Below, in pieces: positions 49,471 through 60,394 of a stretch of DNA of 64,000 nucleotides. Under the pieces are notes generated by a model. The model was not told the DNA's origin. It saw nothing but the letters and a program-made list of their open reading frames with translations, and did not search any database. This DNA is from Candidatus Latescibacterota bacterium (lineage in GTDB: Bacteria > Latescibacterota > UBA2968 > SICM01). The position numbers and the translations under genes are program-made. Each line of letters opens with the position of its first letter. Position 1 is the first letter of the stretch. The DNA lies in NCBI GenBank assembly GCA_965217865.1, contig CBDCJO010000002.1, positions 4,544,001-4,608,000 on the forward strand, given 5' to 3'.

Positions 49471-49782
49471 GTGGAATATAACCAACTCAGGACCGAAAGT
49501 CAAGCCTTAATCTGCTAATTGCGATGATTTATAGTCGAACCACCAGTTTTCCTGATGGCTCTTATTTATCTCGATTATCCTAAATATATAAATAAAGCCC
49601 CAGGAGAAGAATCAAGGGTTCTTGCCGGGAATCCTCCTGCCGGATTTGGATTCGATTCGTGACTTGACATCAACACCATGATTGGGTATCGTAGTGAATA
49701 TATTGTGTCTTCCATACGAAGCACCACATGTCCTTGTATTGGGTCGGTTGTGTAGTATGAAATCCCCTGGAAGAGGTCCCGC

Positions 49783-52700
49783 ATGAAAGGTCCGATCGGA
49801 TTGCCCCCCAAGCAAGGGCTTTACGATCCTCGCCACGAGCGCGATGCCTGTGGTATAGGCTTTGTCGTGAATATCCACGGGGAGAAGTCCCACCAGCTCG
49901 TGTGTCAGGCCCTTTCCGCCCTGAATTGTCTGAGCCATCGGGGCGCCCGGGGGTGTGAGGCGAACACGGGTGACGGCGCAGGTATCCTGCTGCAGGTTCC
50001 CCACAAATTTCTCCGGAAGGCCTGCCAAGAGATCGGCATAAAGCTCCCCGATCCGGGATCCTTCGGGGTGGGGATGGTTTTTCTTCCTCCGGACCGGGAC
50101 GAACGCCGACGATGCGAAGAGGTCTTTGAAGGGATTGTCGATGCGGAAGGCCAAAAGCTTTTGGGCTGGCGTGACGTTCCAAAGGGGGATGCCGATCTCG
50201 GGGCGACGGCTATGTCGTGCGAGCCCTTTATTCGGCAGATTTTCATCGGCCGGAACCCGAACCTCCAGGATGAAATGGCCTTTGAGCGAAAGCTCTATGT
50301 GATTCGAAAACGCGCTGAGAAGGCCATCCGTTATGAAGGCGACCTCCCGGGAGGCGGTTTTTTCTACGTCCCCAGCCTTTCATGTCGGACGATCATCTAT
50401 AAGGGAATGCTCACATCCCAACAGGTCGGAGAGTTCTACGCGGACTTGAAAGATCCGCTTATGGAAACCGGGCTGGCTTTGATCCATTCCCGGTTCAGCA
50501 CGAATACCTTTCCCTCGTGGGAGCTTTCCCATCCCTATCGCTACATGATTCACAACGGAGAGATCAATACCCTGCGGGGCAATACAAACTGGATGTATAC
50601 ACGCCAGGCCATGCTCTCCTCAGATCTGTTCGGAAGCGACATCGAAAAGCTCTTTCCGATCATCCAGGAGGACGGGAGCGACTCGGCCAAATTCGACAAC
50701 TGTCTGGAGTTTTTGAGCCTGGGCGGCCGCTCTCTGCCGCACGCGGTGATGATGATGATCCCGGAACCCTGGGAGAATCACGAGCAAATGAGCGATGAGA
50801 AAAAGGCCTTCTATGAGTACCACAGCTGCCTTATGGAACCGTGGGACGGTCCCGCTTCGATCGCTTTTACGGACGGCATCCGGGTCGGGGCCGTGCTCGA
50901 CCGGAACGGATTGCGTCCCTCTCGCTATTACGTGACAAAGGACGATCTGGTGATCATGGCCTCCGAGGTGGGTGTTCTGGATGTGCCCCCGGAGCGGGTG
51001 CTTCACAAGGGAAGGCTCCAGCCGGGCAGGATGTTCCTCGTCGACACGGAGGAAGGCGGGATCATCAGCGATGAGGCGTTGAAGCATCGGATCGCGGAGG
51101 AGCATCCCTATCGCCTGTGGCTTGACGAGCACCTGGTGGACTTTGAAAAGATTCCCGACGTTCCTCACCAGGATTCTGAATTAGACCACGAGACGGTTCT
51201 GCAGCGACAGCAGGTCTTCGGCTATACGTTCGAAGACCTACGTGTGAACATCGGCCCCATGGCCACGGATGCGATCATGCCGCTCGGGTCGATGGGGAAC
51301 GATGCGCCGCTTGCAGCCCTTTCCGACCAATCGCACCTGCTCTACAACTACTTCAAACAACTGTTCGCGCAGGTCACGAACCCTCCGATCGATCCGATCC
51401 GAGAGGAGCTCATCACAGCGACCGAGACCACTCTAGGATCGGAGCGCAATCTCCTGAACCCAGAGCCGGAGAGCTGCCGACAGATCCGGCTCAAGACCCC
51501 GATCCTCAAGGATGAGGAACTGGAGAAGCTTCGTCGCATCGACAGGCCGGGATTCAAGGCCGGGACCCTGTCGATCACCTTTAAGGTCGCGGACGGAGAG
51601 GCAGGGCTCGAAATCGGTCTGGAAAGGCTTTTCAAGGCGGCCGACCGGGCGATCGATGAGGGGGTGAACATCCTGATCCTGTCGGATAAAGCCTTCGATC
51701 GGGAAAAGGCACCGATTCCGGCCCTCCTGGCGGTCTCGGGTCTTCATCACCATCTGATCCGGGAGGGGAAACGCACCCGGGTGGGCCTGGTGCTCGAATC
51801 CGGGGAGCCGAGGGAGGTCCACCACTTCTGCCTGCTGTTGAGCTACGGGGCTCAGGCCATCAACCCATACATGGTCTACGAGAGCCTGAGGGACATGATC
51901 CGGGAGGGCTTGTTAACCGACCTGACCTTTGAGGAGGCCGTGAAGGGTTACAACAAGGCCGGGATGAAGGGTGTGGTCAAGGTTATGTCGAAGATGGGGA
52001 TCTCCACATTCAAGTCTTATCGGGGGGCACAGATCTTCGAGGCCGTGGGGATCAAACAGGCCGTGATCGACAAGTACTTCACCTGGACCGATTCCCGGGT
52101 GGAAGGTGTCGGCCTGGATACGATCGCCGTGGAGGCGCAAAATCGGCACGAGAGAGCATTTCCGAAAATCCCTGTGAACGGCAACACCCTGGATGTCGGG
52201 GGACTGTACCAGTGGCGTCAGGACGGCGAGCATCATATGTTCAACCCCCAGACCGTGCACAAGCTCCAGCTGGCGTGCCGCACGAACAACTACGATGTCT
52301 TCAAGGAATACGCGGAGCTGATCAATGATCAGTCCGTTAAACTCGGTACGCTGCGCGGCCTCCTGGACCTGAAGTATGCCCCGGAGCCGATTCCGATCGA
52401 GGAGGTGGAACCCGTTGAATCGATCTGTCGACGATTCAAGAGCGGCGCCATGTCCTACGGTTCGATCAGCAAGGAGGCACACGAGACCCTGGCGATTGCG
52501 ATGAACCGAATCGGCGGCAAGAGCAACACCGGGGAGGGGGGTGAGGACCCCGCACGCTACACCCTGGACCCCAATGGAGATTCGCGCAACAGCGCAATCA
52601 AACAGGTCGCTTCGGGTCGTTTCGGCGTCACCACCAACTATCTGGTAAACGCCAAGGAGCTTCAGATCAAAATGGCGCAGGGGGCAAAGCCCGGCGAGGG

Positions 52701-54390
52701 CGGAGAGCTGCCCGGGCGGAAGGTCTACCCCTGGATCGCCAAGGTAAGATTCTCCACGCCGGGAGTGGGTCTGATCTCACCCCCACCGCACCACGACATC
52801 TATTCGATCGAAGATCTGGCACAGTTGATACACGATCTCAAGAACGCCAATCATCACGCCCGGATCAACGTCAAGCTGGTTTCCGAGGTCGGCGTCGGGG
52901 TGATCGCAGCGGGTGTGGCCAAAGGCCACGCGGACGTGGTTCTGATCAGCGGACTCGACGGCGGAACCGGCGCCTCCCCTCAGACGAGCATCAAACACGC
53001 GGGTTTACCGTGGGAGCTGGGTCTTGCGGAAACCCATCAGGTGCTGGTCCTGAACAACCTGCGGAGCCGGATCGTGGTGGAGACCGACGGCCAATTGAAA
53101 ACCGGCCGGGACGTTGTGGTCGCAACGCTTCTCGGTGCGGAGGAGTTCGGGTTTGCCACGGCCCCGCTGGTCGCTCTGGGTTGCATCATGATGCGTGTCT
53201 GCCACCTGGATACCTGTCCGGTCGGTGTGGCGACGCAGAATCCTGAGCTCCGAAAGAAGTTCACGGGTGATCCCCAGCACGCGGTCAATTTCATGCAGTT
53301 CATCGCCCGGAATATGCGCGAGATCATGGCCCGGCTCGGATTCCGGACGATCAACGAGATGATCGGGCGCTCGGACCGGCTGGAACCGAGGAAGGCCATA
53401 GCCCACTGGAAGGCCCGGGGTTTGGATTTCTCGAAGATCCTCTACCAACCCGACGTCGGTCCTGAGGTGGGCCGCTACTGTCAGATCCCACAGGATCACG
53501 GCCTGGACATGGCGCTTGACAACCGGGTGCTTCTAGATCTGTGCAAACCCGCTCTTGAGCGGGGCGAGCAGGTCAAGGCGGAAGTTCCTATCCGGAATAC
53601 CGATCGTGTGGTCGGCACGATCCTGGGCAGTGAAATCACCCGCCGATTCGGTCCGGACGGCTTGCCGGAGGACACCATCCATCTGAATTTAAAGGGGTCA
53701 GCGGGCCAGAGTTTCGGGGCCTTCATACCCCTCGGTTTAACCCTCGAACTGGAGGGAGACGCGAATGACTACTTCGGCAAAGGGCTTTCGGGCGGGAAGC
53801 TCATCCTATATCCACCCGAGGGATCGACGTTCAAACCCGAAGAGAACATCATCGTTGGGAACGTGGCTTTTTACGGGGCCACGTCTGGGGAGGCCTACAT
53901 CTGCGGGATGGCCGGAGAGCGGTTCTGTGTCCGGAACAGCGGGGTGCGGGCGGTGATCGAATCGGTGGGGGACCATGGATGCGAGTATATGACCGGCGGC
54001 CGGGTCGTGGTCCTCGGCGCGACGGGAAGAAATTTCGGCGCCGGGATGTCGGGTGGAATCGCGTATGTTCTGGACGAGTCAGGGGAATTCACCGTCCACT
54101 GCAACCGGGAAACGGTCGAGATCGAGCGCCTGGAAGAGGAGGATGAGATCGAAGAGGTCAGGGGGATGATCCATTGCCACGTAGAGTACACCAGGAGCGA
54201 ACTGGGACGACGCGTTCTTGCCAAATGGGGGGAGACGACCTCGAACTTCGTGAAGGTCATGCCGAAAGACTACAAACGGATGCTGGAGGCCCTCAAGCGG
54301 GCGGAGGAGGCTGGATTGAGCGGGGATGAAGCGGTGATGGTGGCCTTCGAGGAAAACAAGAGCGATCTCGCACGGGTCAGTGGGAACTAG
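49783..54390 (+). CDS. gltB: Glutamate synthase large subunit
   Basis: [65 protein letters not shown] domain. Confidence 0.98.
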   Translation: MKGPIGLPPKQGLYDPRHERDACGIGFVVNIHGEKSHQLVCQALSALNCLSHRGARGCEANTGDGAGILLQVPHKFLRKACQEIGIKLPDPGSFGVGMVFLPPDRDERRRCEEVFEGIVDAEGQKLLGWRDVPKGDADLGATAMSCEPFIRQIFIGRNPNLQDEMAFERKLYVIRKRAEKAIRYEGDLPGGGFFYVPSLSCRTIIYKGMLTSQQVGEFYADLKDPLMETGLALIHSRFSTNTFPSWELSHPYRYMIHNGEINTLRGNTNWMYTRQAMLSSDLFGSDIEKLFPIIQEDGSDSAKFDNCLEFLSLGGRSLPHAVMMMIPEPWENHEQMSDEKKAFYEYHSCLMEPWDGPASIAFTDGIRVGAVLDRNGLRPSRYYVTKDDLVIMASEVGVLDVPPERVLHKGRLQPGRMFLVDTEEGGIISDEALKHRIAEEHPYRLWLDEHLVDFEKIPDVPHQDSELDHETVLQRQQVFGYTFEDLRVNIGPMATDAIMPLGSMGNDAPLAALSDQSHLLYNYFKQLFAQVTNPPIDPIREELITATETTLGSERNLLNPEPESCRQIRLKTPILKDEELEKLRRIDRPGFKAGTLSITFKVADGEAGLEIGLERLFKAADRAIDEGVNILILSDKAFDREKAPIPALLAVSGLHHHLIREGKRTRVGLVLESGEPREVHHFCLLLSYGAQAINPYMVYESLRDMIREGLLTDLTFEEAVKGYNKAGMKGVVKVMSKMGISTFKSYRGAQIFEAVGIKQAVIDKYFTWTDSRVEGVGLDTIAVEAQNRHERAFPKIPVNGNTLDVGGLYQWRQDGEHHMFNPQTVHKLQLACRTNNYDVFKEYAELINDQSVKLGTLRGLLDLKYAPEPIPIEEVEPVESICRRFKSGAMSYGSISKEAHETLAIAMNRIGGKSNTGEGGEDPARYTLDPNGDSRNSAIKQVASGRFGVTTNYLVNAKELQIKMAQGAKPGEGGELPGRKVYPWIAKVRFSTPGVGLISPPPHHDIYSIEDLAQLIHDLKNANHHARINVKLVSEVGVGVIAAGVAKGHADVVLISGLDGGTGASPQTSIKHAGLPWELGLAETHQVLVLNNLRSRIVVETDGQLKTGRDVVVATLLGAEEFGFATAPLVALGCIMMRVCHLDTCPVGVATQNPELRKKFTGDPQHAVNFMQFIARNMREIMARLGFRTINEMIGRSDRLEPRKAIAHWKARGLDFSKILYQPDVGPEVGRYCQIPQDHGLDMALDNRVLLDLCKPALERGEQVKAEVPIRNTDRVVGTILGSEITRRFGPDGLPEDTIHLNLKGSAGQSFGAFIPLGLTLELEGDANDYFGKGLSGGKLILYPPEGSTFKPEENIIVGNVAFYGATSGEAYICGMAGERFCVRNSGVRAVIESVGDHGCEYMTGGRVVVLGATGRNFGAGMSGGIAYVLDESGEFTVHCNRETVEIERLEEEDEIEEVRGMIHCHVEYTRSELGRRVLAKWGETTSNFVKVMPKDYKRMLEALKRAEEAGLSGDEAVMVAFEENKSDLARVSGN

Positions 54391-54443
54391 GGAAGGAAAT
54401 GAAAATGAAAAATACGAAGTGCAAAGTGTAAAATAGGATTCAG

Positions 54444-55928
54444 ATGGGCAAGCCGACTGGATTTATCGAGTACAGACGCGAACTTCCCGCCGATCGTCCC
54501 CCCGAAAAGCGGATACACGATTGGAAGGAGTTTCACCTCCACCTTCCGGAGGAGAAACTGAGGCAGCAGGGTGCGCGCTGTATGGACTGCGGGATTCCCT
54601 TCTGCCATACGGGGACGTTGATCAACAACATGGCATCGGGATGCCCGGTCAACAACCTGATCCCGGAATGGAACGACTTGGTCTACAAGGGGCTATGGAG
54701 AGAAGCCCTGGAACGCCTGCTCAAGACCAACAACTTCCCGGAGTTCACCGGACGGGTTTGCCCCGCGCCCTGCGAAGGCTCGTGCGTCCTTGGCATCGAT
54801 CAACCTCCGGTGACGATCAAGAATATCGAGTGCTCGATCATCGACAAGGGTTTCGAGGAAGGCTGGGTGGCACCGGAGCCGCCGGAGAAACGGACGGGAA
54901 AAAAGGTGGCCATTGTGGGGTCCGGCCCGTCCGGCCTGGCGTGCGCCGCACAGCTCAACCGGGCCGGCCATCTGGTGACGGTCTACGAGCGGGCGGACCG
55001 GATCGGCGGGCTTCTGATGTACGGAATTCCGAACATGAAGCTGGACAAGTCGATCGTTCAACGCCGGGTCGACCTGATGGCTGAAGAAGGCGTCACGTTC
55101 GTGACGAATACGGAGATCGGTAAGGATATTCCGGGGAATCAGATCGTGGACGAATTCGACGCGGTTGTCCTTTGCGGCGGGGCGACCAAGCCCAACGACC
55201 TTCCCATCGAGGGACGGGAGCTCAAAGGCATCCTCTTCGCCATGAAATTCCTCCACGCCAATACTAAGAGTCTTCTGGATTCCGGACACAAGGATGGAAA
55301 CTACCTCTCCGCTGCCGACAAACACGTGATTGTGATCGGAGGAGGCGACACTGGGACGGACTGCGTCGGGACATCGATGCGACACCAGTGCAGGTCCCTG
55401 ACCCAGTTCGAAATCCTGGCCAGGCCCCCGGACGAACGGGCCTCGGACAACCCGTGGCCGGAATGGCCCAAGGTCTACCTGCTCGATTACGGCCAGGCGG
55501 AGGCCAAGGCGCGGTTCGGAGATGATCCGCGGCGTTACCTGATTATGACCCAGAAATTCGTAGGGGACGCCAACGGACACGTCAAGGAACTGCACACGGT
55601 CAACGCAGAGTGGACGAAGGGGGACAACGGACGGGCTTTCCCGAAGGCGGTTCCGGGGACGGAAAAGGTCTGGCCGGCCGACCTGGTGCTGTTGTCTATG
55701 GGTTTTCGCGGACCCGAGGACACGGTCCTTCAACAGCTCAACGTGGACCGGGACGAACGTTCCAACGCCAAGGCCGAGTACGGCCGGTTCGCCACGAATG
55801 TTGAGGGGGTTTTCGCGGCAGGCGATATGCGTCGTGGGCAGAGCCTGATCGTCTGGGCGATTCACGAAGGGCGGGCTGCGGCCAGGGAATGCGATCGGTA
55901 CCTGATGGGCTCGACCAGCCTGCCTTAA
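54444..55928 (+). CDS. gltD: Glutamate synthase small subunit
   Basis: [50 protein letters not shown]. Confidence 0.97.
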   Translation: MGKPTGFIEYRRELPADRPPEKRIHDWKEFHLHLPEEKLRQQGARCMDCGIPFCHTGTLINNMASGCPVNNLIPEWNDLVYKGLWREALERLLKTNNFPEFTGRVCPAPCEGSCVLGIDQPPVTIKNIECSIIDKGFEEGWVAPEPPEKRTGKKVAIVGSGPSGLACAAQLNRAGHLVTVYERADRIGGLLMYGIPNMKLDKSIVQRRVDLMAEEGVTFVTNTEIGKDIPGNQIVDEFDAVVLCGGATKPNDLPIEGRELKGILFAMKFLHANTKSLLDSGHKDGNYLSAADKHVIVIGGGDTGTDCVGTSMRHQCRSLTQFEILARPPDERASDNPWPEWPKVYLLDYGQAEAKARFGDDPRRYLIMTQKFVGDANGHVKELHTVNAEWTKGDNGRAFPKAVPGTEKVWPADLVLLSMGFRGPEDTVLQQLNVDRDERSNAKAEYGRFATNVEGVFAAGDMRRGQSLIVWAIHEGRAAARECDRYLMGSTSLP

Positions 55929-56054
55929 ACAGGTCCGGTGTCGCATTAAAAAGCATATCGGAGAAGTGGGGACCTTTTATTTTTAGTGAAATCCCTTCTT
56001 CTCCTTTTATTTTAGGGGGGAGGGAACGGGAGGGAATCTCAAAAAGAAAATGAA

Positions 56055-56085
<31 letters not shown>

Positions 56086-56106
56086 GGTGGGAAAGTCCGG
56101 TTGGGT

Positions 56107-56871
56107 TCACACCGAAAGATATCCTCCATCGACGGCAAGGGTATGACCCGTTACCATGCTGGAGGCCTCCGATGCCAGGAATATGGCCGCGCCGACCACC
56201 TCCTCCGGCTTACCGAGACGCCCCATCGGGGTCCGGCTCGTAAAATAATCGATCGAATCGGGACGGACCCTTCTTGTCAGAGGAGTGTCGAAAAGAGAAG
56301 GCGCGATCGCGTTCACCTGAACGTTTTTGGTGGCCAGCTCCAGTGCGAAGGATCGGGTCAGCTGCGCCACGCCTCCCTTGGCGGCGAGATAAGCCACGCT
56401 TTCCGGGTAGGCGACGAAAGCGCCGATCGAAGCCAGGTTGATGATTTTTCCCCGTCCACGTTCGGCCATGTGCCGTCCCACGATCTGCATGGTCAGGAAC
56501 GTCCCCTTGAGGTTGACCTCGATGACCCTGTCCCAGTCGGACTCCTCGTAATCCAGGACAGTCCCCCTGATTCCGATTCCCGCGGAGTTTACGAGAATAT
56601 CGATCGATTCCCGTTCACGAAGCACTTCGGCCACCGATTTCTCGATCTCCGATCGGTTGGATACATCCATTCGCAAGGCCAGGGCTCGGCCGCCATCCTT
56701 CAGGATAACCTCGACGGTTTCCCGGGCGGCTTCCAGGGAGATGTCCGTTACGGTGACGCCTGCACCAGCGGCCGCGAAGCCGGAGGCAATTTCAGCCCCG
56801 AGGCCGCTTCCGCCTCCCGTAACCAGGGCCGTTCGACCGTTCAGGTCGAACATTTTCGATCCTTTATCCAT
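56107..56871 (-). CDS. Short-chain dehydrogenase/reductase
   Basis: [17 protein letters not shown] (YxxxK), VDGG. Confidence 0.93.
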   Translation of the reverse strand: MDKGSKMFDLNGRTALVTGGGSGLGAEIASGFAAAGAGVTVTDISLEAARETVEVILKDGGRALALRMDVSNRSEIEKSVAEVLRERESIDILVNSAGIGIRGTVLDYEESDWDRVIEVNLKGTFLTMQIVGRHMAERGRGKIINLASIGAFVAYPESVAYLAAKGGVAQLTRSFALELATKNVQVNAIAPSLFDTPLTRRVRPDSIDYFTSRTPMGRLGKPEEVVGAAIFLASEASSMVTGHTLAVDGGYLSV

Positions 56872-57013
56872 TTGCAGGAACTTAACCTTAGCGAGGGGTG
56901 TAAGATTGAAGAGACTCGCGAAATAAATAAAACCCGGACAACGATGTCAAGATGACTTTGCCGAGTCTGAAATCGATATACGGACATAGATTGCACTTCG
57001 TGAGAGGAAAACC

Positions 57014-57814
57014 ATGCAGAACCTAAAGCTAGTCTCCGGGGGTGAGATGCCGATCCTCGGGTTGGGGACATGGGATCTTCGGGGGGAGGGCGCAAAGCAG
57101 GCGATCAAGGAGGCCCTCGCCATGGGCTACACACATATCGATACCGCGTGGATGTACAAAAATCAGCGAGAAATCGGGGAGGCCTTGCGGGAAGCGAAGG
57201 TGGACCGATCAGGCCTGTTTATCACGTCCAAGGTATGGCATACGCACCTTCACTTCGAGGGTGTTTTGGAACAACTGGAGGAGACCATCCGGGACCTCCG
57301 GACGCCGTATGTGGACCTCTTTCTGGTCCACTGGCCCAACCGGGCGGTGCCGATGGAGGAGACCTTCGGTGCACTTCAAAGGATCTTCGAGGAAGGAAAA
57401 GCCCGGAGTATCGGGGTGAGCAATTTCGAGGTCGATCACCTCGAGGAGGCGCGGTCGGTTTCTAAGATCCCGATCAGCGTGAATCAGATCAAGTATCATC
57501 CGGGGGCAGAACAGCGGGACGTGCTGCAGTGGTGTCAGGACCACGATGTGGGGGTCACAGCGTATTCCCCGCTGGGCAAGAAGGGCATCCTCAAAGATTC
57601 GACACTCCTGGAAATCGGGAGGGGACGTGGAAAGACGATTGCGCAGGTCGCCTTGAGGTGGCTGGTTCAGAAGGGGATGGTCGTGATTCCCAAGGCGAGT
57701 TCAAGGGCGCATCTGCAGGAGAATATGGACCTGTTCGACTGGGCGCTGTCCGGTGCGGAGATGGAACGGATAGACGGCATTCGCCGCGGGTGGGTTCGCA
57801 GGCTTTTACGCTGA
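57014..57814 (+). CDS. Aldo/keto reductase
   Basis: GLGTW, HIDTA.MY, ITSKVW, LVHWP, IGVSNF, AYSPLG, VIPK. Confidence 0.95.
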   Translation: MQNLKLVSGGEMPILGLGTWDLRGEGAKQAIKEALAMGYTHIDTAWMYKNQREIGEALREAKVDRSGLFITSKVWHTHLHFEGVLEQLEETIRDLRTPYVDLFLVHWPNRAVPMEETFGALQRIFEEGKARSIGVSNFEVDHLEEARSVSKIPISVNQIKYHPGAEQRDVLQWCQDHDVGVTAYSPLGKKGILKDSTLLEIGRGRGKTIAQVALRWLVQKGMVVIPKASSRAHLQENMDLFDWALSGAEMERIDGIRRGWVRRLLR

Positions 57815-57819
57815 TTCGT

Positions 57820-57970
57820 CGAGATTAGGAAAAGGCAGTAGCAGGAAAGGCAAAGGCAGGGGAGAAATTGAAGATTGAAAATTGAAGAATATTGAAGCGA
57901 GATCAATAAGACCACAAGAAAGTCCTGAGTTGTTCAAATATTCAATTTTCCGATGTTCAATATTCAATAG
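57820..57970. repeat. Heptamer tract with inverted counterpart
   Basis: ATTGAAG/ATTGAAA units followed by TTCAATA/TTCAATT units. Confidence 0.65.
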
Positions 57971-57977
57971 AGTGAGC

Positions 57978-58970
57978 ATGAGGGTATTCATTACCGGAGG
58001 AACCGGGTTCATCGGAACGCACCTTATCGAACGATTCGCCCGATCCGGACACGACATCACGTGCCTGGTCAGGGAGTCGAGCGATACGGGGAAGATCAAA
58101 GGGATCGGGGCCGAAATGGTCACCGGGGATATCCGGAACATGGAATCCCTGCTCGACGGGATGAAGGGGGCCGACTGGGTGGTCAACCTGGCCAATGTCT
58201 ACTCCTTCTGGGAGCCCCGAAGTCAGGTTTATTCGGAAGTCAATGTCGAAGGCACCCGAAATCTGATGGCGTGTTCTTTGGCCGTCGGGGTCTCCAAGGT
58301 GTTACACGTAAGCTCAATGGCGGTCTTCGGCAAACCCAGGGATTGTCCGTTCACCGAAAAGAGTCCGGTGGGTCCGGTTCGGTTTAGCGAATACGCAAGG
58401 ACCAAATACGAGGGAGAACGGGTAGCCTGGACATTCCATCAAGAAAAGGGACTTCCGCTGGTCGTCTTATATCCCGGGGGCATCCTCGGTCCGGGAGACC
58501 CAAAGGCCAGCGGCCAGTACATCCAGAACCTGATTCATCGCCGGATGCCGTGCACCGTGTGTAACGATTCAATCATCACGTGGGTGGGCGTGAAGGATGT
58601 GGCCGAAGCCATCGTGAGGGCATTGGAGAAGGAGGACAATGTCGGTGAGAAATATCTGGTAGGGAAACAACGACTCTCGATCAAAGAGATGAACGAGATG
58701 GTGAGCGAAATCTCAGGGGTCGACTTGCCCAAGGCGCATCTTCCGGATCGTCTGGTCACACCGATTTCACGGTTCCTGACCTGGTGGGCGGATCTGATAG
58801 GAAGACCGCCCGGGTGGGGAATGGCGGCTGATCAGATTCGGACGATGAGAATGGGATTCAGTGGGGATGGGAGCAAGGCGGAAAGGGAACTGGGAATCAC
58901 CTACACCCCCATTCGGAAGGCCATGGCGGATGCGATCGCTTCGTATAAAAAAAAAGAATATGGAATATAG
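57978..58970 (+). CDS. NAD-dependent epimerase/dehydratase (dihydroflavonol reductase-like)
   Basis: ITGGTGFIG, VNVEGT, HVSS, YARTK. Confidence 0.92.
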   Translation: MRVFITGGTGFIGTHLIERFARSGHDITCLVRESSDTGKIKGIGAEMVTGDIRNMESLLDGMKGADWVVNLANVYSFWEPRSQVYSEVNVEGTRNLMACSLAVGVSKVLHVSSMAVFGKPRDCPFTEKSPVGPVRFSEYARTKYEGERVAWTFHQEKGLPLVVLYPGGILGPGDPKASGQYIQNLIHRRMPCTVCNDSIITWVGVKDVAEAIVRALEKEDNVGEKYLVGKQRLSIKEMNEMVSEISGVDLPKAHLPDRLVTPISRFLTWWADLIGRPPGWGMAADQIRTMRMGFSGDGSKAERELGITYTPIRKAMADAIASYKKKEYGI

Positions 58971-59265
58971 AATACAGAAGGCAGAATACAGAAGGAAAGA
59001 CAGAGATCGAAGTTCAGAGAAATGGAGAATAGAGGAAGTCAAAAAGAATGTAGAATATAGAATACAGAATGAAAAGACAGAGATCGTAGGTCAGGGAAAG
59101 GAGTAAACAGGAGTCAGGGGCGAGAATCCGGAGTAGGGCAAAGGAGGGATCTGTGGATCAGCATTCAGGAAATTGCACGGTTTTGATTTCTCCTGACTCC
59201 TGTATTCTGTATTCCGGTGGGGTGGGCCTATAGGCGGGAGAAGGGGATACGGGGGATGAGGGCGT
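58955..59265. repeat. Heptamer tract (GAATACA/GAATATA) with inverted counterpart and REP-like tail
   Basis: GAATATAGAATACAGAA twice; CTCCTGTATTCTGTATTC at about 59198-59215. Confidence 0.65.
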
Positions 59266-59347
59266 TGAACGAAAATCCGAACTATCGAAAGAACATCCTT
59301 GACGATTAACAGAAAACCCGACCGACGTGGAAAGGGGTTAAAATCGT

Positions 59348-60352
59348 ATGTCATGCAATGAGAAAATCGCAGTAGAAGTATTTCGGGTTGAAGAAATTCC
59401 GTTGGGAACCAAGGGGCGTTTCCATCTGGTCATCGACAATATGCCGGATGGAGGGGATCTCCTCTTTCCCGCTTTGATCGTCCGAGGAAGACGTCCCGGA
59501 AAAACCCTCCTGGTCACGGGTGGAACCCATGGAGACGAATATGAAGGGGTGGTGGCCATCCAGGATGTCTTCGAGAGTCTAGACCCTTCGGTATTGGAAG
59601 GAACCTTTTTCGGGATCCCTGTCCTGAACGCACCTGCTTTTATAGCTGCCCAACGCGAAGGCGTGTGGGACCATCTCAACCTTGCCCGGGTCTTCCCCGG
59701 AAGCTCCACGGGCAGTCCCACACAGCGCATTGCGCACGCATTTCAGGAGTTTGTAGTGGATCAGGCCGACCTCTACCTGGACATTCACAGCGCGGGGTCC
59801 CAAAACGTTATCCAGGATCTTGCCGGGTATCAGATCCGGGAAGGCGAACTGGGGGAGATTCAGAGAAAAGCTGCCTTTGCTTTCGGGTTCGATCTCGTGT
59901 GGGGTACCGCCCCCTCGTCCGGCCGAACCCTGAACGCGGCCGCGGATAAGGGGGTCCCGTCGATCTATGTGGAAATGAGGGGAAGCGGACAATGCAGGCC
60001 CGAGGATCTGGAGAAAGCCAGGAGCGGCATCAAAAATGTTTTGAGCTTTCTGGGGATCGTCGAAGGACCTTTTCCCAGGGATCCTCCCCGCCTGTTCGTG
60101 GAAGACCCATCTCCCGGATCCGGCCATCTCCAGACGGGACATCCCAGTCCCACATCAGGAATCTTCGTATCTTCGGTTGGCCTCTGGGATCCTGTGTCGA
60201 AGGGGCAAAAACTGGGGGAGATCCGTGGTCCTGACGGGACTCCACTTGCCCGGGTGGAGAGCTTGCTTGAAGGCCGGGTGCTCTGTTTGAGAGTCCGACC
60301 GCGGGTGTTTTCAGGCGACTTTCTGGCCTTCGTGCTGGAAGGGGTGGACTGA
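59348..60352 (+). CDS. Succinylglutamate desuccinylase/aspartoacylase (M14) family protein
   Basis: GGTHGDEYEG, NLARVFPG, LDIHS, C-terminal lipoyl-like hairpin. Confidence 0.9.
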   Translation: MSCNEKIAVEVFRVEEIPLGTKGRFHLVIDNMPDGGDLLFPALIVRGRRPGKTLLVTGGTHGDEYEGVVAIQDVFESLDPSVLEGTFFGIPVLNAPAFIAAQREGVWDHLNLARVFPGSSTGSPTQRIAHAFQEFVVDQADLYLDIHSAGSQNVIQDLAGYQIREGELGEIQRKAAFAFGFDLVWGTAPSSGRTLNAAADKGVPSIYVEMRGSGQCRPEDLEKARSGIKNVLSFLGIVEGPFPRDPPRLFVEDPSPGSGHLQTGHPSPTSGIFVSSVGLWDPVSKGQKLGEIRGPDGTPLARVESLLEGRVLCLRVRPRVFSGDFLAFVLEGVD

Positions 60353-60394
60353 GTATAGCAAGCGAATGAATGAACGAAGGAAAGCAAAGACACA

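Larger units (their letters stand above)
39550..49523 (+). mobile_element. IS1595-family transporter element A (outermost), 9974 bp including nested elements
   Basis: 34-bp TIRs (39550-39583 / 49490-49523, 3 mismatches); TSD ATGATTTA at 39542-39549 and 49524-49531. Confidence 0.93.

Noticed and set aside
39550-49523. Composite transposon bounded by two inverted IS1595 copies
   Set aside because: TIR and TSD pairs show nesting: the right-hand transposase belongs to element B, which lies inside A
54693-55946. Long antisense ORFs (also 17462-18418, 56050-56955, 19287-20129, 47463-48134)
   Set aside because: Shadow frames of well-supported genes in GC-rich sequence, with no recognisable motifs
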